From Longimicrobiales bacterium (lineage in GTDB: Bacteria > Gemmatimonadota > Gemmatimonadetes > Longimicrobiales > Gaopeijiaceae): 64,000 bases of DNA. How positions within the stretch are numbered: position 1 is the stretch's first letter; the number at the start of each line of letters is the position of its first letter. Positions 1 through 8,814 of this stretch are shown in pieces. The DNA is taken from NCBI GenBank assembly GCA_965232315.1, contig CBDDPN010000012.1, positions 1,922-65,921 on the forward strand, read 5' to 3'. A program made the position numbers and the translations under genes. Below the pieces are notes generated by a model. It was not told where the DNA came from. It ran no database searches and was given only the letters and a program-made list of their open reading frames with translations.

Positions 1-1
1 G

Positions 2-778
2 CGGACCCTGTTCGATCTATTCGCCGAGGTGCTGCAGCAGGTCTGTCACGAGGGCAGGGCGTATGAAGACGATGTCCGGATCCACATCCGGCGCCTGCGC
101 GCCCCCGGGGGCGAGATCAAGGACAGGCACGTCCTCTGGGAAGGTGACGGACCTCGCCGGGACGCAGCCGCCGCGCTGGGACGCCTGGGGGACCCCGCGG
201 CCGTGCCGGCCCTCGCGTCCGTTCTCGGGGACGCCGACGGGTTGCTCAGGGCCCGCGCAATCGACGCACTCGCCGAGATTCGGCATCAGGATGCGATCCG
301 CCCCCTTATTCCTCTGCTCGGAGACACCCGGGAAGCCGGCGGCCGGCGCATTCAGGGCAGGACCGCGGAGGCGTTGAAGCGGCTGAAGGGAGGGGAGGTG
401 GTCGACACCGTGCTCGCGGCGCTCGGCGGCGATTTCGTCCGTCTCAAGTCACGCGGCAGTGGGTACACGGAGGAGATCATCGCGGCGCTCGCCGGCGCAC
501 TGGGGGGGCCTTCCGGCACACACGCGGCGAACGCGCTTGCCGAGATTCATGCCGTCGAAGCGCTGCCCCGGCTCCGCGAGGCCCTGAGGAGCTTTGGCTC
601 GCAGGACCCTGCTGGCCAGGCGGTCTCGGCTGCGGTCAGAAAGCTCGAGGCGCGGGCTTCGCTTCCGCGCGCCGCCTCTGCGGCCGATGTCGCGGTTGAC
701 ACGCTGCCGCGGGCCGCACGGGACCCGCGCCCCGACTCCTCGACCCTGCCCCGCGGCTCTCGAGGGCCATCCTCTTAG
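2..778 (+). CDS. HEAT-repeat protein, 5' end probably outside the window
   Basis: The frame of ORF 29..778 stays open back to base 2. The protein is built of ~30-aa units such as LGDPAAVPALASVLGDADGLLRARAIDALAEI, typical of HEAT/PBS-lyase repeats. Confidence 0.7.
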   Translation, partial: RTLFDLFAEVLQQVCHEGRAYEDDVRIHIRRLRAPGGEIKDRHVLWEGDGPRRDAAAALGRLGDPAAVPALASVLGDADGLLRARAIDALAEIRHQDAIRPLIPLLGDTREAGGRRIQGRTAEALKRLKGGEVVDTVLAALGGDFVRLKSRGSGYTEEIIAALAGALGGPSGTHAANALAEIHAVEALPRLREALRSFGSQDPAGQAVSAAVRKLEARASLPRAASAADVAVDTLPRAARDPRPDSSTLPRGSRGPSS

Positions 779-955
779 GCGTCCGACCCCCGGATCCGGG
801 CCAAGACGCCAGGGGCACGAACGTCGACTTGCGGATCACCGCTTCGATCGTCCGGGTCGCCGCCGGGTTTGTCTCCGCCCTCGGCCGTGCTTTCATGGTT
901 CCCGCCTTCCGTCTGGAGTGGACACATAATATGACCAGTCATGTGTGACGTTCGG

Positions 956-2176
956 TTAGTGCGCTGCCTCGGCCCACCGCGCCGCCGCAAGCGTCCCCGC
1001 TCCAAACACGGCAAAGGCGGCGATCTGGGCGTACATGGTGCCGTCGAAACTCTGGCCCACGAGCGCACCGAGCGGCACGCCGATAAACGTGGTGAGCGAA
1101 GCAACCACTGCCGCTCCCACCCCTGCGATGTGGCCCAGGGGCTTCATGGCCAGCGCATTGAGATTCCCGAAGAGGAGGCCGATGCAGAAGAAGACAGCGA
1201 GCAGGTAGGCCATGAAGAGCCAGAACGGAGGAAGTCCTTCGAAGGCGAAGGCCAGCGCCCACGCGCCGACCGAGACCAGTGTGATGGCCACAGCCGCCGC
1301 CTGCGACAGCCGACGCATCCCATGCTTCATCACCAGCCGGCCGTTCACGACCGAGGCGCACCCGAAGGCGAGCGCCAGCACTCCGAACCAGAGGGGAAAG
1401 AGCGCTCCGGTCCGGTAGGCATCCTGGAAGATCTGCTGGGCGGAACTCAGGTAGGCCAGGAAAGGCGCGAAGACGCATGAGGTGGCGAGGGTGTATCCGA
1501 GCGCGGCCCGGGTCCGCAGGACTTCCACGGCGGCGGCGCCGATGTCCCGCGGGGAGCAGGGCCGGCGGTGCGACGCAGGCAGGGTCTCGGGCTGGCGCAG
1601 CGCAAACCAGGCCAGCGCGATCGCGGCGACGGCAAGGATGAAGATGAAGATCGCGCGCCAGTCTCCGAGCCACAGGATTCCCTGGCCGAGAGCCGGAGCG
1701 GTGGTGGGAACGAGGATGAACACGGCCATGGCGAACGACATGAGGCGGGCCATTCCGCGGCCTTCGTACCGATCGCGCACCATGGCGATGGTCACGATGC
1801 GCGGTCCCGCCACCCCGATGCCCTGCAGAACACGGCCCGCGATCATCACCTCGAAGGTGGGCGCGAAGATGCTCACGAGGCACCCGGCCATGAACAGGAG
1901 CAGGCCGGCGCAAATGGCCGCCTTGCGGCCGGTGCGGTCGGAGAGCGGACCGAAGAGAATCTGGCCGACGCCAAGCCCCAGAAACAGGGCTGTGATGACG
2001 AACTGAGCGTCATTCCGGCCGAGCGCCCCGAGGTCGCGGCCGATTGCAGGCAGCGCGGGCAGCATCGTGTCGATCGAAAGCGCGACAAGCGACATCAACA
2101 GGGCGACGAGCGAAACGAATTCGCCTGAAGAGAGGGCCGGCCGGAGTTCGGCTCGGCTCATATTTCCGTCCTGCAT
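956..2176 (-). CDS. MFS transporter, Bcr/CflA-like drug-resistance subfamily
   Basis: 406-aa ORF with about 12 hydrophobic segments. It has the MFS motif GPLSDRTGRK and an N-terminal LSIDTMLPALPAIGRDLG typical of Bcr/CflA. Confidence 0.8.
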   Translation of the reverse strand: MQDGNMSRAELRPALSSGEFVSLVALLMSLVALSIDTMLPALPAIGRDLGALGRNDAQFVITALFLGLGVGQILFGPLSDRTGRKAAICAGLLLFMAGCLVSIFAPTFEVMIAGRVLQGIGVAGPRIVTIAMVRDRYEGRGMARLMSFAMAVFILVPTTAPALGQGILWLGDWRAIFIFILAVAAIALAWFALRQPETLPASHRRPCSPRDIGAAAVEVLRTRAALGYTLATSCVFAPFLAYLSSAQQIFQDAYRTGALFPLWFGVLALAFGCASVVNGRLVMKHGMRRLSQAAAVAITLVSVGAWALAFAFEGLPPFWLFMAYLLAVFFCIGLLFGNLNALAMKPLGHIAGVGAAVVASLTTFIGVPLGALVGQSFDGTMYAQIAAFAVFGAGTLAAARWAEAAH

Positions 2177-2487
2177 GCCATAACGGCACAGCGTGCGACG
2201 CCTTCGCGCATCGCGCCCTCCTGTGTTTCGCGGTTGCCGCCCTGCGCAGCGAACCCCCGCCTGGTTTGCCTGTTCCGGCGCGAAGAGACTTCCAGCGGGT
2301 GCTCCGCCGACTGCGCCGACGGATCCCTCGACACACCGGGCCGGAACTCACCGCCGCGGTTTGACCGAACGCCATCGGAAGAGTAGTCATCAAGGTTACT
2401 CGCACCCCGGCGGGCCCCGGGTGGGCCGGTCGGGCCGAGGCGACGAGGCGATTCACGCGGTGGCAAACAATCAGGGGGGAGGGTTCT

Positions 2488-5475
2488 GTGAAGGCGATAC
2501 TCTGCACAATGGGGTTCGCGGCGGTCCTGGTAACGGGCCTCGAGGCCCAGCAGGCAACCAGGACCCAGCCGGTCGATGGCATGCGCGACAACGGCACCGG
2601 ATACCACGCCCTGGTTGGGGCGCGGGTCGTGACCGGGCCGGGTCAGGTAATGGACGACGCCACGATCGTGATCCGCGACGGCCTGATCCAGGAGGTGGGG
2701 CGAGCGGACGCGCCGGCAGGCGCGCGCGTGTGGGACCTTGATGGCCTTACGGTCTACCCGGGTTTCATCGACGCACACGCCGACCTGGGCATGGACGCGG
2801 TGCCGGAGGGGGGTGACGTAGGCCCCACGCACTGGAATCCGCAGGTCCGGGCGTGGTTTTCCACCACGCGCAATCTGCAGGACGACGCCGACCGGCGCGC
2901 GGCGCTCCGTTCGCAGGGATTCGGCACGGCGCTGGTGGTTCCCAAGCAGGGGATCTTCCGGGGAACGGCCTCGCTGGTGAATCTCGGCGATGCGGGCGTG
3001 CGGGATCGGGTGCTGCGCCCCGATGTCGCCCAGGCGATCGGCTTCCAGCGCTCCTTTGAGCTGGGCGGATCGTATCCCAACTCCGCGATGGGCACGATCG
3101 CGCTGATGAAGCAGACGTTCATGGATGCCGACTGGTACGAACGCGCGTGGGATGCGTACGAGTCGAGTGGCCGCGCCTTCCTGCCTCCGGAAACGAGCGA
3201 AGCCCTGGCGGCGCTCGAAGACGCGGCGCACGGCAATCAACCGGTCATCTTCGAGACCGGCAGCGAGGAGGAATACCTGCGGGCGCACCGTCTCGCGTCG
3301 GAGTTCGGGCTCGAGGCCTGGTACCGGGGCAACGGCCAGGAGTACAGGCTCATCGACGTGCTCGAGGGCCGGAGCGAGCCGCTGATCGTGCCGCTCGCCT
3401 TCCCGGACGCGCCCGATGTCGGCGATCCGGAGGCGGCGCTGAACGCTTCGCTCGCGGATCTGCGTCACTGGTATCTCGCGCCCACGAGCCCGGCGCAGCT
3501 GGCCGACGCCGGGGTGCGGTTCGCCATCACCACGGACGGGATGTCGTCGCTGGGCGACTTTCTCCCCAACCTGCGCGTCGCGGTGGCGCGCGGTCTGTCG
3601 TCCGACGATGCCCTCGCGGCGCTCACCACCACGCCGGCGGACTGGCTCGGGGTGGCACGCACCCACGGCACCATCGAGGAAGGCAAGGTCGCGAACCTGA
3701 TCGTCAGCGAGGGCGATCTCTTCACGGAAGAGGCGACGGTCCGTGATGTCTGGGTCCGGGGCACCGTGTACGGTGTGACCCGTCCCGCTCAGATCGACCC
3801 GCGCGGCACGTGGCGCATCGCCTCGACCGACGAGTGGGGCTTCGACGCGTTCCTCCAGCTGGAAGGACCGCTCAACCGGCTGAGCGGCCACATCGACCTC
3901 GCCGCCGGCGAGGCCGGGGCGGCCGAGGGGCTGCGCATTCCCCTCGCGTCGGCCAGCGTCGTCGCCGAGACGGGACGGATCGAGGTCCGTTTCGATAGTG
4001 AGGACCTGGGCTTCGAGGGCATGGCGCTGCTCGCCGGCTCGGTGCGCGGCGACGAGTTCTACGGTTGGACCTCCCTGCCCAACGGGGCGGACCCGTCCTT
4101 CCGCGGCGCCCGCACCGAAGCCTTCGAGGGCCCGGCGCGCGGCACGGTGGCGATGGACGTGCCCGAGATCGATCTGCCGTTCATCCGGCCGATGATGGAC
4201 TACGGGCGGACCTCGATCCCCGAGCAGCCGGGCGCGGTCGTGGTGCGCGATGCGACCGTCTGGACACAGGGTCCGCAGGGCATCCTGGAAGGCGCCGACG
4301 TGCTGGTTCGCGCCGGGACGGTGGAAGCGGTCGGCATGGATCTCGACGCGCCGGGCGGCGCGGTGGAGATCGACGCGGCCGGCAAGCACGTCACGCCGGG
4401 GCTCATCGACCCGCATATCCACTCGGGCGTCAGCGCCGTGAACGAGAGCGGCTTTGCGATCGTCCCCGAGGTGCGCATGGGCGACGTCGTGACCCACAAC
4501 AACATCTGGATGTACCGGCAGGCGGCCGGCGGACTCACCACCGCGCACATCAAGCACGGCTCCGCCAATCCCATCGGGGGCGAGAACGTCTTCGTGAAAA
4601 TGCGCTGGGGCTCGCTGCCGGAAGATCTCAAGCTCGACAACGCGCCCCGCACCGTGAAGTTCGCGCTGGGCGAGAACCCGAAACGGCGTCAGGGCCGCTA
4701 TCCCGACACCCGCATGGGGACGCAGGAGATCATACGCGACCACTTCATGGCCGCGCGCGACTACGAGCGCGAGTGGCAGCAGTGGGAGGAGAACCAGGAG
4801 GGACTGCCCCCTCGGCGCGACCTGCGCATGGAGGCCATCCTCGACATTCTCAACCAGGAGCTCCTCATCTCGTCGCACGGTTATCGCGCGGACGAGTTCC
4901 TCGCGCTGGTGAGACTGGCAGAAGAGTTCGGGTTCCGGGTCCAGACGCTGCAGCACGGCGTCGAGGCCTACAAGATCGCGCCCGAGCTCGCCGCCTCCGG
5001 TGTGGCCGCGGTCGTCTGGAGCGACTGGGGCGCCTTCAAGATGGAGGCCTACGACGCGACGGTGTACAACGCCCGCATCCTGATCGAGGCAGGGGTCGTC
5101 ACCTCGTTGCACTCGGACAACAGCGAGATCGCCAGCCGCATGAACTGGGAGGCCGGCAAGCTGCTCCGCACGGGATTGACGCCCGAGCAGGCGCTCTCGA
5201 CGGTGACCAACGGGTCGGCCCAGGCGATGGCGATCGACGATCGGGTCGGTTCGCTGGAGGCCGGCAAGGACGGTGACTTCGTGATCTGGAACGGCAACCC
5301 GCTGTCGCAGTTCTCGCGCGCCGAACAGACGTGGATCGACGGCCGGCGCTACTTCTCGCTCGAGGAGGACGCGGTCATGCGGGACCGGATCGAACAGGAA
5401 CGCACGCAGCTCATCCAGGCCATCCTCTCCGTGGAGGAGAGCGGCGGCCGGAACGCTCAGATGGAGAGAAACTGA
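2488..5475 (+). CDS. secreted two-module amidohydrolase-family protein
   Basis: 995-aa ORF with a GTG start preceded by GGGGGAGGG and a signal-like MKAILCTMGFAAVLVTGLEAQQ. Two metal-hydrolase modules are present (PGFIDAHADLG and PGLIDPHIHSG, later HSDN). Confidence 0.8.
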   Translation: MKAILCTMGFAAVLVTGLEAQQATRTQPVDGMRDNGTGYHALVGARVVTGPGQVMDDATIVIRDGLIQEVGRADAPAGARVWDLDGLTVYPGFIDAHADLGMDAVPEGGDVGPTHWNPQVRAWFSTTRNLQDDADRRAALRSQGFGTALVVPKQGIFRGTASLVNLGDAGVRDRVLRPDVAQAIGFQRSFELGGSYPNSAMGTIALMKQTFMDADWYERAWDAYESSGRAFLPPETSEALAALEDAAHGNQPVIFETGSEEEYLRAHRLASEFGLEAWYRGNGQEYRLIDVLEGRSEPLIVPLAFPDAPDVGDPEAALNASLADLRHWYLAPTSPAQLADAGVRFAITTDGMSSLGDFLPNLRVAVARGLSSDDALAALTTTPADWLGVARTHGTIEEGKVANLIVSEGDLFTEEATVRDVWVRGTVYGVTRPAQIDPRGTWRIASTDEWGFDAFLQLEGPLNRLSGHIDLAAGEAGAAEGLRIPLASASVVAETGRIEVRFDSEDLGFEGMALLAGSVRGDEFYGWTSLPNGADPSFRGARTEAFEGPARGTVAMDVPEIDLPFIRPMMDYGRTSIPEQPGAVVVRDATVWTQGPQGILEGADVLVRAGTVEAVGMDLDAPGGAVEIDAAGKHVTPGLIDPHIHSGVSAVNESGFAIVPEVRMGDVVTHNNIWMYRQAAGGLTTAHIKHGSANPIGGENVFVKMRWGSLPEDLKLDNAPRTVKFALGENPKRRQGRYPDTRMGTQEIIRDHFMAARDYEREWQQWEENQEGLPPRRDLRMEAILDILNQELLISSHGYRADEFLALVRLAEEFGFRVQTLQHGVEAYKIAPELAASGVAAVVWSDWGAFKMEAYDATVYNARILIEAGVVTSLHSDNSEIASRMNWEAGKLLRTGLTPEQALSTVTNGSAQAMAIDDRVGSLEAGKDGDFVIWNGNPLSQFSRAEQTWIDGRRYFSLEEDAVMRDRIEQERTQLIQAILSVEESGGRNAQMERN

Positions 5476-6845
5476 TGACGACGACGCAGCGACGAGCGAT
5501 GAAGGCAACATGGTCGCGGGCGAGCAGGGCGGGCGTGCTCCTGGCGGTCCTTGGCGCCGTGGCGCCGGCAGCCCTCGAGGCCCAGGTGCGCATGACGGTG
5601 CCCCCGCAATCCGAGCCGATGGCCCTGACCGGAGCGACCATTCACACCGTTACCAGCGGTGTCATCGAAAACGGGACGATCCTCTTCGAGAACGGAACGA
5701 TCACTGCGGTGGGCGCCGATCTGGAGGTTCCGGACGGGACCCGCGTGGTCGACGCGACCGGCAAGCACATCTATCCCGGGCTCATCGACGCCTACAGCAC
5801 GGTAGGGATCGCCGAGATCGGGGCGGTCGGGGTCTCCAACGACATTAATGAACTGGGGGACTTCAACCCGAACGTGCGCGCGGACGTGGCCGTTAACGCC
5901 GAGAGCCGGCACATCGGCACGACGCGTTCGGCCGGCGTGCTCACGACGCTCACGACCCCGGACGGCGGACTCGTCTCCGGCATGTCTTCCGCGCTTGCGC
6001 TGGAGGGCTGGAGCTGGGAAGAGATGTCGATGCAGTCGGCCGCCGCGCTCAACGTGAACTGGCCGAACCCGAATCCCCGCCGCTTCCGCGGGTTCGGCGG
6101 CTTCGGCTTCGGTCAGCAGGAGGACCCGCCGAGCTACGAGGAGCAGGTTCAGCAGCTGAAGAGCTTTTTCGCCGAGGCGCGGGCGTACCGGGACGCGGTC
6201 GCCGCCGGCGAGGAGGTGCGCAGCGACTCCCGCTATCTGGCGATGATGCCGATCTTCGACGGAGAGCTTCCCGTTGTGGTCGCGGCCGACGGCGCGGCAC
6301 AGATCAACGACGCCGTCACCTGGGCACAGGAGGAGAACCTCAGGATCGTCATCCGCGGCGGACAGGACGCCATCCACGTGGCGGATCGCCTGGTTGCCGA
6401 AGACGTTCCGGTGATCCTGACGTCGACGATGGCGGCCCCCGGCCGGGACTACGAGGGCTACGACGGCGCCTACTCGATGCCGGCGCGGCTGCACGAGGCG
6501 GGCGTGCGCTTCGCGATCTCGGGGGGCTCGGGATCACTGTATTCGAACCGGCTGCCCTTCGAGGCCGGGGTGGCCGTGGCCTTCGGTCTTCCGGAGGAGG
6601 AGGCGCTGCGGGCGGTGACGATCAACCCCGCGCAGTTCATGGGGCTCGACGACCGGGTCGGCTCCCTGGAGCCGGGCAAGCAGGCGACCTTCCTCATCAC
6701 GACGGGCACGCCGCTCGACATGACCACCGACATCGAGCAGGCCTATATCCAGGGCCGCGAACTCGACATGAACGACATCCAGAAGCACTTCTTCGAGAAG
6801 TACATGGAGAAGGTCAGGCAGTACATGCGGCGGGTCATCATGTGA
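5475..6845 (+). CDS. secreted amidohydrolase-family protein
   Basis: ATG 5475 overlaps the upstream TGA (5473-5475). The listed ORF 5331..6845 was trimmed to the Met that precedes signal-like RAGVLLAVLGAVAPAALEAQ. PGLIDAYSTVG and C-terminal LDDRVGSLEPGKQATFLI resemble amidohydrolase motifs. Confidence 0.7.
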   Translation: MTTTQRRAMKATWSRASRAGVLLAVLGAVAPAALEAQVRMTVPPQSEPMALTGATIHTVTSGVIENGTILFENGTITAVGADLEVPDGTRVVDATGKHIYPGLIDAYSTVGIAEIGAVGVSNDINELGDFNPNVRADVAVNAESRHIGTTRSAGVLTTLTTPDGGLVSGMSSALALEGWSWEEMSMQSAAALNVNWPNPNPRRFRGFGGFGFGQQEDPPSYEEQVQQLKSFFAEARAYRDAVAAGEEVRSDSRYLAMMPIFDGELPVVVAADGAAQINDAVTWAQEENLRIVIRGGQDAIHVADRLVAEDVPVILTSTMAAPGRDYEGYDGAYSMPARLHEAGVRFAISGGSGSLYSNRLPFEAGVAVAFGLPEEEALRAVTINPAQFMGLDDRVGSLEPGKQATFLITTGTPLDMTTDIEQAYIQGRELDMNDIQKHFFEKYMEKVRQYMRRVIM

Positions 6846-7016
6846 TCTGATGCACCGGAGCGCCCGCTTTCGCCGCGGCGCCCCTCGTCGACTACAGACC
6901 GGGACGGGTTGGGGGGCGGAGTCCAATCCCCCCAGCCCCCCTGCTTCTTCTGCGCATTCGGCGCAGGCTTGAGATCCGCGTCCGCGTTGTCCCTGCCTCA
7001 AGGACTTCCCTCAGTG

Positions 7017-7060
7017 GTGGTGATGCAGTGGCGTCCCCGTGGTGATGTAGTTGGCGTCCC
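7017..7060 (+). promoter_or_regulatory. 22-bp tandem direct repeat (x2), candidate operator of the RHH-PIN operon
   Basis: gtggtgatgcagtggcgtcccc (7017-7038) is followed directly by gtggtgatgtagttggcgtccc (7039-7060). The pair lies 64 bp upstream of the antitoxin ATG. Confidence 0.4.
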
Positions 7061-7123
7061 GCGATGAGCGCGATTGTATTACTATCGTATGACAACAACC
7101 GTTGGAACCAGAGGAGGCCACCC

Positions 7124-7387
7124 ATGGGCACACGCACAGTCAGATTGGACGCTGCCGCGGAGGAGACGCTGTCCAACCTGCGGCGCAGGACCGGTCTTTC
7201 GATCTCCGAGGTGATGAGAAAGGCGCTAACCGCCTATTCCGCCGAACTGGATGCCGACATCAGGCGCCGGCCCTACGACGTATACAAGAGTCTGGGCCTG
7301 CCGGGAGAAGGCGGATATGCGGTCGCACCTGCGAGGCGGGCGAAGGAGGCAGTGGTGGAGGTCATCCGCAAGAAGCACGGACGATGA
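7124..7387 (+). CDS. vapB: ribbon-helix-helix (CopG/Arc-type) antitoxin
   Basis: MGTRTVRLDAAAEETLSNLRRRTGLSISEVMRKAL is a typical RHH N-terminus. GAGGAGG lies 7 nt upstream of ATG 7124. The stop overlaps the PIN gene start (ATGA at 7384-7387). Confidence 0.8.
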   Translation: MGTRTVRLDAAAEETLSNLRRRTGLSISEVMRKALTAYSAELDADIRRRPYDVYKSLGLPGEGGYAVAPARRAKEAVVEVIRKKHGR

Positions 7388-7875
7388 TTCTGGTCGACAC
7401 CGGGCCGCTTGTGGCCTTGTTCGATGCGAAGGACCATGACCACGCGCACTGTCGCCGCGTGTTGGCGAAGCTGGATGAGGAACTCCAGACTACGATTCCG
7501 GTCCTGACCGAAGCGCTTCATCTGCTCCGGCCCGGAAGCAGGGGCCCGCCCCGACTGATGGGCTACATCAGGGACGGCGGGTTGGGCGTCCTCCCTCTCG
7601 ACGACAGGAGCCTCCGGCGCTGCTTCGAACTCATGCTGCAGTACGCGGACCTGCCGATGGACTTTGCGGACGCCTCCATCGTGGCCGCGGCCGAGCTCTC
7701 CGGCACCGACAAGGTCTTTACGTTGGACCGGAAGGACTTCAGCATTTGTCGCATCAGGCGCGGATACCATCAGGTTCCGTTCACGATCATCGGGGATGCG
7801 TCCGGGCCCCGAATCGTTCGCGAAGCCGAGGCGGCGGCCGACTGCGCAGTTGAGGCGTCACCCCTTGCGGAGTAG
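7384..7875 (+). CDS. vapC: PIN-domain ribonuclease toxin
   Basis: MILVDTGPLVALFDAKDHDH... carries the conserved N-terminal acidic residue, and later FADASIVAAAE. The gene is 4-nt coupled to the upstream RHH gene. The listed ORF 7102..7875 was trimmed to this Met. Confidence 0.8.
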   Translation: MILVDTGPLVALFDAKDHDHAHCRRVLAKLDEELQTTIPVLTEALHLLRPGSRGPPRLMGYIRDGGLGVLPLDDRSLRRCFELMLQYADLPMDFADASIVAAAELSGTDKVFTLDRKDFSICRIRRGYHQVPFTIIGDASGPRIVREAEAAADCAVEASPLAE

Positions 7876-7945
7876 ACCGACCCCAGGCCTCCGAATGACC
7901 AGGCCATGTCCGGGCTGACCCAATGCAGGAATCGCCGCCTGGAAC

Positions 7946-7987
7946 CTTGATGACCAACACTGAGCCCTTGATGACCAACACCGAGCC
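7946..7987 (+). repeat. 21-bp tandem direct repeat (x2) just upstream of the next gene
   Basis: cttgatgaccaacactgagcc / cttgatgaccaacaccgagcc, one mismatch. The repeat ends 10 bp before ATG 7998. Confidence 0.6.
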
Positions 7988-7997
7988 GGAGCCTGCG

Positions 7998-8555
7998 ATG
8001 CGAATGCCGAACCCCCCTCTGCGCGCGCGCGCCACCACCCTCGCCATACTCATTGGCGTTGTCTTCGCAGCACCGACCCCCGCCACCACCCAGCAGCCCG
8101 CCGCCCCGGCCGACGTAGAGTCCATCGACGCTATCGTTGCGGCCCTCTACGACGTCATCTCCGGCGATGCGGGCGTGGAGCGCGACTGGGACCGCTTCCT
8201 GTCTCTCTTCGTGCCCGGCGCGACCCTCAGCCCGGTCGGGCGTCCCGGTGGCGGCTCGACCTACGCGCGCAGAGTGATCACGCCCGGCGAGTACGCGGGA
8301 AGCATCGGGGGATCGCTTGAGACCAACGGGTTCCACGAGGTGGAGATCCACCGGGTGACCGAGGAGTACGGCGTGATCGCGCACGCCTTCAGCACCTACG
8401 AGTCACGCAGGAGCGCGAGCGATTCCGAGCCGTTCGCCCGCGGCATCAACTCGATTCAGCTGATGAACGACGGATCGCGCTGGTGGGTGGTGTCGATCTT
8501 CTGGCTTGGCGAAGGGCCCGATCACCCGATTCCGGCGAAGTACCTTCCGGGCTGA
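7998..8555 (+). CDS. secreted hypothetical protein, possibly NTF2-like (SnoaL/DUF4440-like) fold
   Basis: Signal-like MRMPNPPLRARATTLAILIGVVFAAPTPA. The mature part (IDAIVAALYDVISGD...WWVVSIFW) resembles NTF2-like proteins. The start was chosen downstream of the listed 7923. Confidence 0.5.
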   Translation: MRMPNPPLRARATTLAILIGVVFAAPTPATTQQPAAPADVESIDAIVAALYDVISGDAGVERDWDRFLSLFVPGATLSPVGRPGGGSTYARRVITPGEYAGSIGGSLETNGFHEVEIHRVTEEYGVIAHAFSTYESRRSASDSEPFARGINSIQLMNDGSRWWVVSIFWLGEGPDHPIPAKYLPG

Positions 8556-8617
8556 TGGTGACCGGCCCGTCGGGCAGGGTCCACCCACGTGAGCCGGCGA
8601 ATCCGGGGAAACGGATG

Positions 8618-8763
8618 GCGCGGCTACCACAACGGCTGCAAGCCCACGATGAGATCGAGGATCACCGTCGCCTGCAGACGCGAGGCCGACGCGCGGCTAC
8701 CACAACGGCTGCAAGCCACGACAGGACCAACGATCACCGTCGCCTGCAGGCGCGAGGCCGACG
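8618..8763 (+). repeat. 73-bp tandem repeat (x2), REP-like with an internal imperfect hairpin
   Basis: gcgcggctaccacaacggctgcaagcc...gatcaccgtcgcctgcag(a/g)cgcgaggccgacg occurs at 8618 and again at 8691. Each unit contains CGTCGCC...GGCCGACG complementarity. Confidence 0.7.
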
Positions 8764-8814
8764 GGTCGAGTAATCTAGTGTTCCCGCTACTCCACTAACG
8801 GGATCCGCCGATAC

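Noticed and set aside
2158-5511. Very long antisense or alternative-frame ORFs. Examples: 2158..5511 minus (1117 aa), 13384..16437 minus (1017 aa), 23530..26820 minus (1096 aa), 32767..35094 plus (775 aa), 55718..58000 minus (760 aa), 19884..21257 plus, 40985..41953 minus.
   Set aside because: Their translations are Arg/Gly/Pro/Ala-rich with no motifs. Each lies opposite or out of frame to a gene with clear family signatures. They are the usual stop-codon-poor shadow ORFs of GC-rich DNA.
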